Shown one piece after another: positions 10,522 through 19,965 of a DNA stretch of 64,000 nucleotides. How positions within the stretch are numbered: the first letter of the stretch is position 1; every line of letters starts with the position of its first letter. The stretch covers positions 4,999 through 68,998 of the forward strand of contig CAYRZL010000003.1 of NCBI GenBank assembly GCA_964428795.1. Reading direction: 5' to 3'. A program made the translations under genes and the position numbers. The DNA is from an uncultured Lachnospiraceae bacterium. GTDB lineage: Bacteria > Bacillota > Clostridia > Lachnospirales > Lachnospiraceae. The notes below the pieces were generated by a model. It saw only the letters and a program-made list of their open reading frames with translations. It did no database searches and was not told the origin of the DNA.

Positions 10522-11388
10522 ATGTTAGTATCAGCAAGCGAAATGCTTAAAAAAGCGAAAGCAGGTCATTATGCAGTAGGTCAGTTTAATATCAACAATC
10601 TGGAATGGACAAAAGCCATTTTGCTGACTGCACAGGAGAATAATTCTCCGGTTATCCTTGGCGTATCCGAGGGCGCAGGAAAATACATGGGCGGATATAA
10701 GACAGTAGTTGGTATGGTAAACGGTATGTTGGAGGAGCTGAATATTACTGTTCCGGTTGCACTGCATCTGGATCATGGCAGCTACGAAGCATGTTATAAA
10801 TGTATTGAAGCAGGATTTTCTTCCATCATGTTTGACGGTTCTCACTATCCGATCGAGGAGAATGTGGAGAAAACAAAAGAGCTTGTAAAGGTTTGTGCGC
10901 AGAAGGGTCTTTCTCTGGAAGCAGAGGTAGGCGCTATCGGCGGCGAGGAAGACGGTGTTATCGGAATGGGCGAGTGTGCAGATCCGAATGAGTGTAAGAT
11001 GGTTGCAGATCTCGGTATTGATTTCCTGGCAGCAGGTATTGGAAATATTCACGGAAAATATCCGGAAAACTGGGCAGGACTGAGCTTTGAGACTCTGGAT
11101 GCGATCCAGCAGAAAACCGGTGATATGCCTCTGGTACTGCATGGAGGTACAGGCATTCCTGCAGATATGATCAAAAAAGCAATCTCACTGGGAGTTGCAA
11201 AGATCAATGTAAATACAGAGTGTCAGATTTCCTTCACAGCAGCGACAAGAGAATACTTTGAGGCAGGAAAGGATCAGGTAGGAAAAGGCTATGATCCGCG
11301 TAAGGTTCTGGCTCCTGGTTTTGAGGCGATCAAAGCAACAGTAAAAGAGAAAATGGAGCTGTTTGGTTCTATCGGTAAAGCAGAATAA
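10522..11388 (+). CDS. fba: Class II fructose-1,6-bisphosphate aldolase
   Basis: 288 aa with a GGAGG RBS. Class II aldolase motifs: ALHLDHG, GNIHG and LVLHGGTG. Confidence 0.92.
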   Translation: MLVSASEMLKKAKAGHYAVGQFNINNLEWTKAILLTAQENNSPVILGVSEGAGKYMGGYKTVVGMVNGMLEELNITVPVALHLDHGSYEACYKCIEAGFSSIMFDGSHYPIEENVEKTKELVKVCAQKGLSLEAEVGAIGGEEDGVIGMGECADPNECKMVADLGIDFLAAGIGNIHGKYPENWAGLSFETLDAIQQKTGDMPLVLHGGTGIPADMIKKAISLGVAKINVNTECQISFTAATREYFEAGKDQVGKGYDPRKVLAPGFEAIKATVKEKMELFGSIGKAE

Positions 11389-11409
11389 AAGATTATTTGG
11401 TTTCTCATG

Positions 11410-11446
11410 CGGGAAATTCCTTGAAAAAGGAATTTCCCGTTTTTTA
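11410..11446 (+). terminator. Rho-independent terminator after fba
   Basis: Perfect 11-bp stem cgggaaattcc / ggaatttcccg with an 8-nt loop, followed by a T6 run. Confidence 0.85.
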
Positions 11447-11543
11447 TTGGACAAAATTCCGGCAATTTTTTCAGAATTATGTAATATTGACATTTTTAAA
11501 CAGCATTTGGGAGACAAAATTTGTGTACAAAATAATATAAAAC

Positions 11544-11572
11544 TTGACAATAATGAACAACTAGAGTATAAA
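11544..11572 (+). promoter_or_regulatory. Putative promoter of the ABC-ATPase/SPFH unit
   Basis: TTGACA (11544-11549), a 17-nt spacer, then TATAAA (11567-11572), preceded by an A/T-rich UP-like tract. The 17-mer AATATAAAACTTGACAA also occurs upstream of both 880-aa genes. Confidence 0.45.
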
Positions 11573-11674
11573 ATAGTAGTTGATAAGCAAAAATAGAAAT
11601 AAAACAAGTTAATACTTAATAAAACATTATTTAGAAAAAGATTAAAATATCAGAGTGTAAAGAGGCATACAAGT

Positions 11675-12466
11675 ATGAAATTAAAACTTACTAATGTGGA
11701 TTGCGGGTATCCGGGATTTCAGCCGGTTCTCCGGGGTGTGGATTTTTCAGTGGAGTCCGGTCAGATCTGCTGTTTGCTGGGACCGAATGGCGTAGGAAAG
11801 ACCACTCTGTTTAAGACGATTCTGGGACTTTTGAAGCCCCAAAGCGGTCTGGTGGAAATGAACGGAGAAAATATGGCTCACTGGTCTGCCCGTAAGCTGG
11901 CTCAGAATATCGCATATGTATCACAGTTCCATAATCCTCCCTTTCCCTACAGGGTCAGAGATGTGGTTCTGCTGGGACGAGTCAGCAATACAGGATATTT
12001 CGGAAGTCCTTCGGAAATGGATTATGAAATTGCCGAGGCTGCAATGGCGGACATGGGAATCACTCATCTTAGGGATACGGTTTATACGGATATTTCGGGA
12101 GGTGAGAGACAGCTTGTCATGATTGCCCGGGCGCTGGCTCAGGAACCACAGCTTCTGGTTATGGATGAGCCTACTTCAAATCTGGATTACGGGAACATGG
12201 TACGAGTCATGAGCAAAATCCGGTCTCTGAAGAAGAAAGGTTTTGGGGTCATTATGACCACCCATTCACCGGATCAGGCATTTATGTGTGAATCTACCGT
12301 ATGTCTGCTGCAGCGGGGGGCGCCTATGGTATTTGGATTTGCCCATGAGGTGATTACGGAGGAAAACATGCGCTCTGCCTATGGCGTGAATGTAAAAGTG
12401 ATAGAGTTTTTTGATACATATAACCGGCTGGTGCGGATGTGTTCTCCGCTGCTGGATGAAGAATAA
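11675..12466 (+). CDS. ABC transporter ATP-binding protein, metal-chelate/cobalamin (FecE/BtuD-like) class
   Basis: 263 aa. Walker A GPNGVGKTT, signature SGGERQ and Walker B LLVMDEP. Size and layout are typical of the ATPases that partner FecCD permeases. Confidence 0.85.
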   Translation: MKLKLTNVDCGYPGFQPVLRGVDFSVESGQICCLLGPNGVGKTTLFKTILGLLKPQSGLVEMNGENMAHWSARKLAQNIAYVSQFHNPPFPYRVRDVVLLGRVSNTGYFGSPSEMDYEIAEAAMADMGITHLRDTVYTDISGGERQLVMIARALAQEPQLLVMDEPTSNLDYGNMVRVMSKIRSLKKKGFGVIMTTHSPDQAFMCESTVCLLQRGAPMVFGFAHEVITEENMRSAYGVNVKVIEFFDTYNRLVRMCSPLLDEE

Positions 12467-12544
12467 AACGGAATCAAAGAAAAACATTTCCCTGAGAGGG
12501 AAGAAAGGAGAAGTAATCCATAATCTGCGAAAAATATAAGCGGT

Positions 12545-13549
12545 GTGGATTACATATTTAATGTTATGGATCATATTGTATTGACGATTGTAATAGTAGC
12601 GATCATTGTCTTTTTGCTGATTATGTCCATTCGTATCGTGCCTCAGGCACATGCCTTTGTGGTGGAGCGTTTCGGACGTTATAAGAGAACCATGGATGCA
12701 GGTATTCATGTTATCTTTCCCTTTGTAGACCGGGTTTCAAGAAAAATATCCCTGATGGAGCAGGTCGTTGATTTTGCACCCCAGCCGGTTATCACAAAGG
12801 ATAACGTTACCATGCGTATTGATACGGTTCTTTATTTCCGGGTTGTGGATCCGAAAATGTATGCATACGGGGTCAACAATCCGATGCTGGCGCTGGAAAA
12901 TCTTACATCTACTACGCTGCGTAATATAATCGGTGAGCTGGAACTGGACGAAACCCTGACCAGCAGGGAGATCATCAACTCCAGCATGCGTTCCTCCATG
13001 CAGGAGGCTACCAGCGTATGGGGCATAGAGACCACCCGTGTGGAACTGAAAAATATCACTCCTCCTGCAGCGATTCAGGATGCAATGGAAAAGCAGATGA
13101 AAGCAGAGAGGGAACGAAGAGAAGCAATCCTTATCGCAGAAGGAGAAAAACAGTCTGCAATTCTGGTGGCAGAAGGAAAGAAACAGTCTGCGATCCTCAA
13201 TGCTCAGGGTGAGAAGGAATCTGCGATTTTGCGGGCAGAGGCAGCAAAAGAGGCTGCAATCCTTCAGGCGGAAGCAGCAAAAGAAGCTTCCATCCGTGAG
13301 GCAGAAGGTCATGGAAAGGCGATCGTTTTGCTTCAGGAGGCCAATGCAGACGGTATTGAAGTCCTAAACCGGAAAAAACCTTGTCCGGAGGTGCTGCAGT
13401 TGAAGGGACTGGAGGCATTTGCAAAAGCGGCGGACGGGAAGGCTACAAAGATCATCGTACCTTCTGAAATCCAGAGCCTTGCAGGTCTTTTGACGACAAT
13501 GAAAGAGGTAGGTGCGACAGCTTCACCGGAAAATCCGGAACTGAAGTAA
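12545..13549 (+). CDS. SPFH/band-7 (stomatin-prohibitin-like) membrane protein
   Basis: 334 aa. An N-terminal TM helix, then the SPFH core (IVPQAHAFVVERFGRYKRT...) and an Ala/Glu-rich coiled-coil tail (AILVAEGKKQSAILNAQGEKESAILRAEAAKEAA). The track start is a GTG; the ATG at 12566 is an alternative. Confidence 0.85.
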   Translation: MDYIFNVMDHIVLTIVIVAIIVFLLIMSIRIVPQAHAFVVERFGRYKRTMDAGIHVIFPFVDRVSRKISLMEQVVDFAPQPVITKDNVTMRIDTVLYFRVVDPKMYAYGVNNPMLALENLTSTTLRNIIGELELDETLTSREIINSSMRSSMQEATSVWGIETTRVELKNITPPAAIQDAMEKQMKAERERREAILIAEGEKQSAILVAEGKKQSAILNAQGEKESAILRAEAAKEAAILQAEAAKEASIREAEGHGKAIVLLQEANADGIEVLNRKKPCPEVLQLKGLEAFAKAADGKATKIIVPSEIQSLAGLLTTMKEVGATASPENPELK

Positions 13550-13630
13550 AAATCTGTTTATTGCCGGCTGTGCGGCGATATGCGGCAATAAAAATTCGTG
13601 AACTATAGAACAGTAAAGGAGTGAACACAT

Positions 13631-14437
13631 ATGCCAGGCGGAGGAATCGGAGGAATCGTAGGCAGTCTTGCCGGCGGCATGGGCGGCGGCATGGGCGGCG
13701 GTATGGGCGGCGGCATGATGGGTGGTATGGGCGGTATGAACGGTCAGAACACTCGGAATGCATCGGCCTCTCAGAATAATCAGTCCTCTTATGACGTTTA
13801 TGATGTAGACCGCTGGAAACGTGCGGATGGCATGGATGAATCATCGACAAATGTGCAGATGGTTCGGGATGCCTGGGACAGAAAGGATGCTGAAAAAAAA
13901 GCTGCAAAAAAAGAAAAAGCCCTGTTGAAGAAAAGTAAAAGAAAGATGACAGGTATTTTTGCAAAAAAAGAAAGAAAAGCAGCAGAGGAAGCAGTGTCCG
14001 CTGAAATGGAAAGACCAAGGACGGGTACGATCCATACTTCTGAAATGAAGAAAGCTGAGCACAATATTGAGTCGGTTGAGCCGGCCGGAGGGACTGTATC
14101 TGCCGGTGCGGACAGAATACCGGTATTATTGCAAAATGAGGAGTATATTCAAGGAAAAAGATGTAATTACCTCGGTCTGGAAACACCATCCGGTATCGAG
14201 CCATTTGTAACTTCAAATCCATTAAATTCGGTTATATTGGCTGTTGACAGTTTGTCTATGGGGTCTTTGATGCTGAATCAGGTGAAAAGACCGGAAGGGA
14301 AGCTGCCGGAACATACTGTGCCGGAGAAAGGTTTTTCCGGAACTGCCGGAGAGATGGAGCGTGAATCTGCAACAGATTATATGGATGCTTTTCGTGAAAA
14401 CCGGGAAAACAGAAAATATAGTGTTCATATTGTGTGA
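13631..14437 (+). CDS. Hypothetical protein with a Gly/Met-rich N-terminus and a Lys/Glu-rich middle
   Basis: 268-aa ORF with a good RBS (AAAGGAG). It starts MPGGGIGGIVGSLAGGMGGGMGGGMGGGMMGGMGGM. I recognise no family. Coding status is supported by the RBS, the length and the terminator that follows. Confidence 0.55.
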   Translation: MPGGGIGGIVGSLAGGMGGGMGGGMGGGMMGGMGGMNGQNTRNASASQNNQSSYDVYDVDRWKRADGMDESSTNVQMVRDAWDRKDAEKKAAKKEKALLKKSKRKMTGIFAKKERKAAEEAVSAEMERPRTGTIHTSEMKKAEHNIESVEPAGGTVSAGADRIPVLLQNEEYIQGKRCNYLGLETPSGIEPFVTSNPLNSVILAVDSLSMGSLMLNQVKRPEGKLPEHTVPEKGFSGTAGEMERESATDYMDAFRENRENRKYSVHIV

Positions 14438-14447
14438 TAAAAAAGTG

Positions 14448-14490
14448 AAGTCTTGCGGACGGATGTTCAAAAGGTGCGCAGGACTTTTTT
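14448..14490 (+). terminator. Rho-independent terminator after the Gly/Met-rich ORF
   Basis: Stem aagtcttgcg / cgcaggactt (one G-U pair) followed by a T6 run. It separates the ATPase/SPFH unit from the lipoprotein/permease unit. Confidence 0.65.
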
Positions 14491-14549
14491 GCCGCTGAGA
14501 AGGTGGCAGCATTGGAAAAAGCGGTTGGTTTTTGGAGTGTGTACAGATT

Positions 14550-16388
14550 ATGAGAAAAACAAAACAAATTGTAGCCATAATATTAGTTGTATGTTTAACA
14601 ATGATGCTGGGCGGCTGTCGTTACAGCGACACGATGGAGGAGATTCTGTACAGTGCCTATAAGGATGGAGCAATCAATCTGAATGCTCCTTTTCAAATGG
14701 CAGAAAATGAATTGGACAATGAGGATAAGAGCGATCAGTTGAAGGATTTGGAACAGCAGGACGACTCGGAGCGAAAAAATGAGTCCGAAAGTCTGGGACT
14801 TGCAGAGGATTCGGAATCAGATGAGGCAGATACGGACAGCGGGTATATGGTTGCCTACAGTAACAGCGGCAAGAGCACCGGAACCTCGGATCAGACAAAA
14901 AAAACTTCGGATGCAGATAATGCGGTGACAAATGCGGATGAAGGATCTGACTCCAAATCGAATGATGGACAGACCGATTCCAATGGCGGAGGCACCGATC
15001 ATTCGGATGAGGATTCTTCCAGTGTGGGTCATTCATCCCCAACGAAAGAGGAGGAAAACGGGAAGGACGGGGTTACAGGCGATGACGGAGAAGATCCCAA
15101 CGGCGATAATTCTGAAGATACGGACAAAACCATAGTTTCCCCCGGCGGTGAGCAGGAGCCGATTCCAACCGGTGATACCGTTGCCGCTGTAGGAGCATTG
15201 GCAGAGATGCTTGTTATATTGGGCTGTGAGGACTCCCTTATAGCCACGGATGCACAGACTGCGCAGAAGGCTCAGAATATTTCAGCATTTGAGGGGCTTT
15301 CCGGTGCGGAAGCATTGTGGGAAGGAGATGGTCTGGCAGGTCTTGGATCTGCAGGCTTTGACCGGTTGATGGAATTAAAACCGGATCTGATTCTGGAGCT
15401 CAGCGGAACAAGCACGTTCAGCGATGCGCAGATCAGCACACTGAAAGCAAACGGTTCAAAGTATCTTTCTCTTGCAGCAATGACGACTGCGGCGGATATT
15501 GAAACGGATATGTACACACTGGGAAGCATGCTGGGAGATGAAGCAAAGCAGCGCGCCGAGGATTATATTACCTGGATGGATAGTACCTTATCAGAGTTAA
15601 AATCCATATCAAACAAGTATGAAACCTGTTATACATTGTATGTGGATGACTGGGATTTTGATGTTCAGATATCCCTGGACGGTACTGTTTTGGAACAGGG
15701 AGCTGCAGTCATAGATTCCTATAAAAATGAAGGAGCTATGTGCATCAGCAATCTGCTGACTTATGCGGGAGTCAAGAATACGTCTTCCATACAGCCTTAT
15801 AGCGCATCAAAATTCAGGGGATATTTTCTTCCGATGACAACGCTGGAGGGAAATGAGGCTTTTTCCTTTACAAGAGGAGCTCTGGGATCCATGGTATATT
15901 CCAGAAGCTATGCATGGACCACGCCTAACAGCCTGGCGGGTACGGAAGAGGAAAATAAAATGACTGAGCTACCCTACGCACTGGGCGGAGGAGAGGCTTT
16001 CCAGTATATTCTGGTGGCAGATCAGTATGTAGCCGCCGGCATTAATGCTTCAAAAGAAACAGAATACGGTATGTGGAGTATATTCACGGACAAAATCACA
16101 AATGAGTCCGGGGATATAGAATTTGTGGGGTATAACCTGGGATCGAGAATGGTGGCTTCCAGACTTGCCCAGGATGGCAGCTACGATGTGCTCGTCAATC
16201 CCCAGGGCTATTCTGACTGGACAAAAGGGGGATGTGAGAGTGTGCTGGAAGCAGTGTGGGCTGCATACAGTATATCCGGCATCATTGATGAAAGCACCAT
16301 GGAAAATTACATATTAGAATTTTATTCCAATTTTTATAATACATCACTAACAGATGAAGAACTGTCAGGGATTCTGGAGGGCAATTAA
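14550..16388 (+). CDS. Lipoprotein, likely class III (Fe-chelate/B12-type) ABC substrate-binding protein, with a long acidic linker and a C-terminal extension
   Basis: Signal peptide plus lipobox (MMLGGC). A roughly 170-aa Asp/Glu/Ser-rich disordered region follows, then a segment matching the periplasmic-binding-protein type 2 pattern (VAAVGALAEMLVILGCEDSLIA ... LKPDLILE ...). It lies directly upstream of two FecCD permeases. The track start 14532 is a TTG; the ATG at 14550 is preferred. Confidence 0.65.
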   Translation: MRKTKQIVAIILVVCLTMMLGGCRYSDTMEEILYSAYKDGAINLNAPFQMAENELDNEDKSDQLKDLEQQDDSERKNESESLGLAEDSESDEADTDSGYMVAYSNSGKSTGTSDQTKKTSDADNAVTNADEGSDSKSNDGQTDSNGGGTDHSDEDSSSVGHSSPTKEEENGKDGVTGDDGEDPNGDNSEDTDKTIVSPGGEQEPIPTGDTVAAVGALAEMLVILGCEDSLIATDAQTAQKAQNISAFEGLSGAEALWEGDGLAGLGSAGFDRLMELKPDLILELSGTSTFSDAQISTLKANGSKYLSLAAMTTAADIETDMYTLGSMLGDEAKQRAEDYITWMDSTLSELKSISNKYETCYTLYVDDWDFDVQISLDGTVLEQGAAVIDSYKNEGAMCISNLLTYAGVKNTSSIQPYSASKFRGYFLPMTTLEGNEAFSFTRGALGSMVYSRSYAWTTPNSLAGTEEENKMTELPYALGGGEAFQYILVADQYVAAGINASKETEYGMWSIFTDKITNESGDIEFVGYNLGSRMVASRLAQDGSYDVLVNPQGYSDWTKGGCESVLEAVWAAYSISGIIDESTMENYILEFYSNFYNTSLTDEELSGILEGN

Positions 16389-17636
16389 ATGAAGCGGGAC
16401 AGAATGCAGCGGGAAATTCTGGACAATCAGATACGACTGAAGATGAATGAGGGAAAAGACACCGAATTATTTTCCGAGGTAGAGAAGAGACGTTTTTCCA
16501 TGTCGAAAGAGGGGAAACGGTGTCTGATTCTCGGTATAATTCTGGTCGTGGTTTTGATTCTTTCTATTTTTTTCGTGGTGGAGAGTCTGTCTATGTACAC
16601 CTCTCCGGCAATTATGTCGGAGACGGTCATGCGGCGGGTCAGTGATCTGGTGGATATTTTGTCCGGAAACAGAAGCCAGAGCCAGATTCACTGGTTTATC
16701 TTCCAGTTTATATCGGCGGCTGTGGCAGGGATTATGCTGTCCTTGGCAGGAATCTGTTTTCAATCCACATTTCAAAATCCCATGGCTTCTCCGACCATGC
16801 TGGGTGTTCAATCGGGAGGAACCATAGGTTCCCTGATATACTGCACGTTCTTTTTTGTGCCTATGATATCGCCGATGTTGTCCATGGGGTCAAGCAACGG
16901 TCTTGATCTGCTCATGGTGGAATATGAAAATATGTCCATGTTTCAGAAGGTGGGGCAGTATTTCTTTACGCTGGCAGGATGCATGATCGTAGTGATTATC
17001 GTCATGCTCATGGCGAAGGTGGCAGGAAGAGGAAAGATCGCCACGGTGCCTTTGATGGTAGGCGGTACCATCTTCAGCAGCTGTGTTTCAAAAATTATCA
17101 ATCTGGTGGAATATTATGAGACAATCACGGGAGCGGATGAATCCATTATAGAGGAAGTACAGTCCATGCAATCGGGAACCTTTACCCCTATCTGGCAGCC
17201 GCTGATCATGGTGTGTTTTCTGATCACTGCAGTACCGCCGATCATACTGGCGCTGGTAGGCAGAAACAGATTAAATGTCATGACCTACGGAGAAGAGGAG
17301 GCCAGAGCGCTGGGTGTTTCCATCCGTACCACCCGGGTGTATTACATAGTTGTCAGTACTTTATTGACAGCATCTGTTATTGCATTCTGCGGAAATATCG
17401 CTTTTGTTGGTTTGATTGTTCCTCATTTTGCCAGATTTATTGTGGGAAATGATTTCAGACATCTGGTGCCGGCGTCAGCATTTTTGGGAGGGATTTTTAT
17501 GCTGGTCGCATGGGATGTTTCCTATTCGGTGTCTATGGTGGTAAATACAGGAATGATTGTAAGTGTGCTGGGCAGTGTGCTGTTCGCAGTATTTATGATT
17601 GTATACAGGAGGCGCGGAAATGCAGATTGGGCTTAA
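16389..17636 (+). CDS. FecCD-family ABC permease, with a roughly 45-aa cytoplasmic N-terminal extension
   Basis: 415 aa and multi-TM. FecCD signatures NPMASPTMLGVQSGG and GNIAFVGLIVPHFARFIVGNDFRHL. The start codon abuts the lipoprotein gene stop. Confidence 0.85.
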   Translation: MKRDRMQREILDNQIRLKMNEGKDTELFSEVEKRRFSMSKEGKRCLILGIILVVVLILSIFFVVESLSMYTSPAIMSETVMRRVSDLVDILSGNRSQSQIHWFIFQFISAAVAGIMLSLAGICFQSTFQNPMASPTMLGVQSGGTIGSLIYCTFFFVPMISPMLSMGSSNGLDLLMVEYENMSMFQKVGQYFFTLAGCMIVVIIVMLMAKVAGRGKIATVPLMVGGTIFSSCVSKIINLVEYYETITGADESIIEEVQSMQSGTFTPIWQPLIMVCFLITAVPPIILALVGRNRLNVMTYGEEEARALGVSIRTTRVYYIVVSTLLTASVIAFCGNIAFVGLIVPHFARFIVGNDFRHLVPASAFLGGIFMLVAWDVSYSVSMVVNTGMIVSVLGSVLFAVFMIVYRRRGNADWA

Positions 17637-18753
17637 TGAAATCAGAAATATGTGCAAGGCTGACAACCGTCGGCTGAAAAAAAGAATTTGGATCGTGGGG
17701 CTCGTACTGCTGGCTCTTTTCTGTGTATTTGTATGTTCCAGAACGACAGCTCTCGGATTTGTATCCCCTCTGCAGGCGCTGGATAATCTGTTTGTGGCGC
17801 TTAGATTGCAGCTTTCCAGACTTGTGGATGGCGCTTTGTATGCAAACCGGAGACTGGTAATGGCAGATCAGGAATATTATCTGGAAACTCTGGGACGTTT
17901 TCAGGCGGCAGTTACCATCGTGGCTTTGGGAGCGGCGCTGTCTGTAGCGGGAGCAGTGTTTCAGTGTGCGTTTCGCAATCCGATCGCCACACCGTCCATG
18001 ATAGGTACCTCCAGCGGAATCCGGATCATCAATATGATCCTGGTACTGATGTATTCCACGGGAGCTTACACTATGATAAAGGAGAGGATGATCATTTCCT
18101 ATATCGGATCTCTGGTGATACTTGGGATCCTTATGGGAGTGGCAAGGCTCATGTCAAAACAGAGGGTGTCCTCTGCGGATATTCTGCTGATCGGTACGGT
18201 TTTTACCCGTATCGCCATGCAGGTAGTCAGCTATGTACAGGCAAATGTGCTTGAGGATGATGATTATCTGGTGCTGCAGGAACTGAATATATATGGTTCC
18301 GGTACTGGAACTACCAAAGGAGTGGGGATTGCGCTGATCGTGATCGTGGCGGCTCTCATTCCTATTTATCTGACCAGAATGTCCTTAAATACCCTGAGCT
18401 TTGGGGATGAGGATGCCCGTTGCCTGGGCATACGGGCTTCTGTGCTGCGGGGTATATCCCTGATCTGCAGCACGCTGCTGTCCGTATCTACTCTGGTGTA
18501 TCTGGGAGATGTGGGAATGCTCTCCATGCTGATTCCGGTGGTGTGTCGTTATACCTTTGGTTCGGATACCCGGTATCTGCTGGTAGGGAGCGCCTTTTGC
18601 GGGGCATTGCTCATGCTGATCTGCAGAATTATCGTCTCCGCGTTTGCATTTAATGAGTATCTGAGTGTGATATCCATAGGAACCATTGTGGAAGTGATCG
18701 CGGCGCCGCTGATGATATTTGTTATATTCAAAAACAGAAGAGGATGGGAATAA
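17620..18753 (+). CDS. FecCD-family ABC permease (divergent second subunit)
   Basis: Multi-TM, with RNPIATPSMIGTSSG and a degenerate C-terminal FecCD motif (GDVGMLSMLIPVVCRYTFGSDTRYL). The ATG at 17620 follows an AGGAGG RBS and overlaps the upstream stop by 17 nt; the track start is 17599. Confidence 0.8.
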   Translation: MQIGLNEIRNMCKADNRRLKKRIWIVGLVLLALFCVFVCSRTTALGFVSPLQALDNLFVALRLQLSRLVDGALYANRRLVMADQEYYLETLGRFQAAVTIVALGAALSVAGAVFQCAFRNPIATPSMIGTSSGIRIINMILVLMYSTGAYTMIKERMIISYIGSLVILGILMGVARLMSKQRVSSADILLIGTVFTRIAMQVVSYVQANVLEDDDYLVLQELNIYGSGTGTTKGVGIALIVIVAALIPIYLTRMSLNTLSFGDEDARCLGIRASVLRGISLICSTLLSVSTLVYLGDVGMLSMLIPVVCRYTFGSDTRYLLVGSAFCGALLMLICRIIVSAFAFNEYLSVISIGTIVEVIAAPLMIFVIFKNRRGWE

Positions 18754-18756
18754 ACA

Positions 18757-19965
18757 ATGAGAGTGAAACCAACAAAAAGTATGATCGGATATATCATTGT
18801 CCTGATTCTTTCTCTGGCTCCGGCTGTTCTGGTGAACCGTCCGGCGGGATATCTTCCCTTTTTCGCACTGCTGTTCTATGGTATTTTATCTGCGGCACAG
18901 TTGATATTGGTGAAAAAAAAGTTTGCTTTAAGTATTGTCGGCGTGGAGGGAAACTGCTTTCGGAGTGACACGGGAGAGTTTGGTATCTGGATGGAAAATA
19001 AAAGCTGTTTGCCGGTACCAAATATATATGTAAGTTTTTTTATACGAAGCAAAAATGGAAAAGAACGTCACAGCTATCCCATGCACCTTACCATGTCTCC
19101 AAAGGAAAAGAGAAGGTTCGAGGTTGAAGCGGATTTTTCCCATATCGGAATGTTCGAGACAGGTTTGGAAGAACTGAGAATCTATGATCTGCTGGGCATC
19201 ATATGTATGGAATGCCCGGTGGAAGAAGTAAAACAGGTGGCGGTGCTTCCGCGCCAGTATTATCTGGACGATCTGCCGGTCAGTGACGTGGCACTGAATG
19301 AGAGCAACCGCTCAGTGACGGCAGCTTCTCTCTCCGGTTACGATTATACCGGTGTGCGGGAGTACGCTTACGGAGATCCCATGAAAATGATCCAGTGGAA
19401 GCTCACAGCCCACGCCTGTACTTTGGTGACAAAACAGATGGAGAGTTATACAAATGTGGGAATGACAGCGGTTTTGGATTTTAGGATTCCCCCCTATGAG
19501 GCGGATGTCCGCCTGTCCATGCTTGACAGTGTGGCGGAGGCTGGAAGCACTCTTGGGGATTTTGCCAGAAGACAGGGACTTGATTTTGACATGATGTTTT
19601 TCGGACTGGAAGGAAAGCGGCGGGAGATGCCTCATTCTTCGGAAGAGTTCATGCCTTTTTTAGAGGATATTTGTATTGCAGACGGAGACAGGGAATGCAA
19701 TGTGGTTTCTATTTTAAGGGAGGACTGTACCAATGTTCATGGTCAGTCAAACGTTATTTTATGTACCTCATGGCTGGATGAGGAGGTTGTCACCGCATTG
19801 ATTTTCCTGAAGCATTGTGGGAAAAGACCCATGCTGATACTGTTCATGCCGGAGCTGATTCATGACAGGGAAAAGGAAGCCATGCTCAGTCCTATGCATG
19901 TGTTAAGATGCGCGGATATACATACAATGGTAGCTTCGTCCGCAGAAGGGCTGGTGATGGGATGA
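18757..19965 (+). CDS. DUF58 domain protein (vWA-like partner of MoxR ATPases) with N-terminal TM helices
   Basis: 402 aa. DUF58 hallmark GYDYTGVREYAYGDPMKMIQWKLTAH (the ReY..GD....I.WK..A pattern). The start lies 3 nt after the permease stop. Confidence 0.75.
   Translation: MRVKPTKSMIGYIIVLILSLAPAVLVNRPAGYLPFFALLFYGILSAAQLILVKKKFALSIVGVEGNCFRSDTGEFGIWMENKSCLPVPNIYVSFFIRSKNGKERHSYPMHLTMSPKEKRRFEVEADFSHIGMFETGLEELRIYDLLGIICMECPVEEVKQVAVLPRQYYLDDLPVSDVALNESNRSVTAASLSGYDYTGVREYAYGDPMKMIQWKLTAHACTLVTKQMESYTNVGMTAVLDFRIPPYEADVRLSMLDSVAEAGSTLGDFARRQGLDFDMMFFGLEGKRREMPHSSEEFMPFLEDICIADGDRECNVVSILREDCTNVHGQSNVILCTSWLDEEVVTALIFLKHCGKRPMLILFMPELIHDREKEAMLSPMHVLRCADIHTMVASSAEGLVMG

Noticed and set aside
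11447-11674. Cobalamin riboswitch or Fur/DtxR-type operator upstream of the FecE/BtuD-like ATPase
   Set aside because: The leader is almost pure A/T, with no B12-box (GCCACTG-like core), no GC-rich paired elements and no obvious palindromic metal-regulator box.
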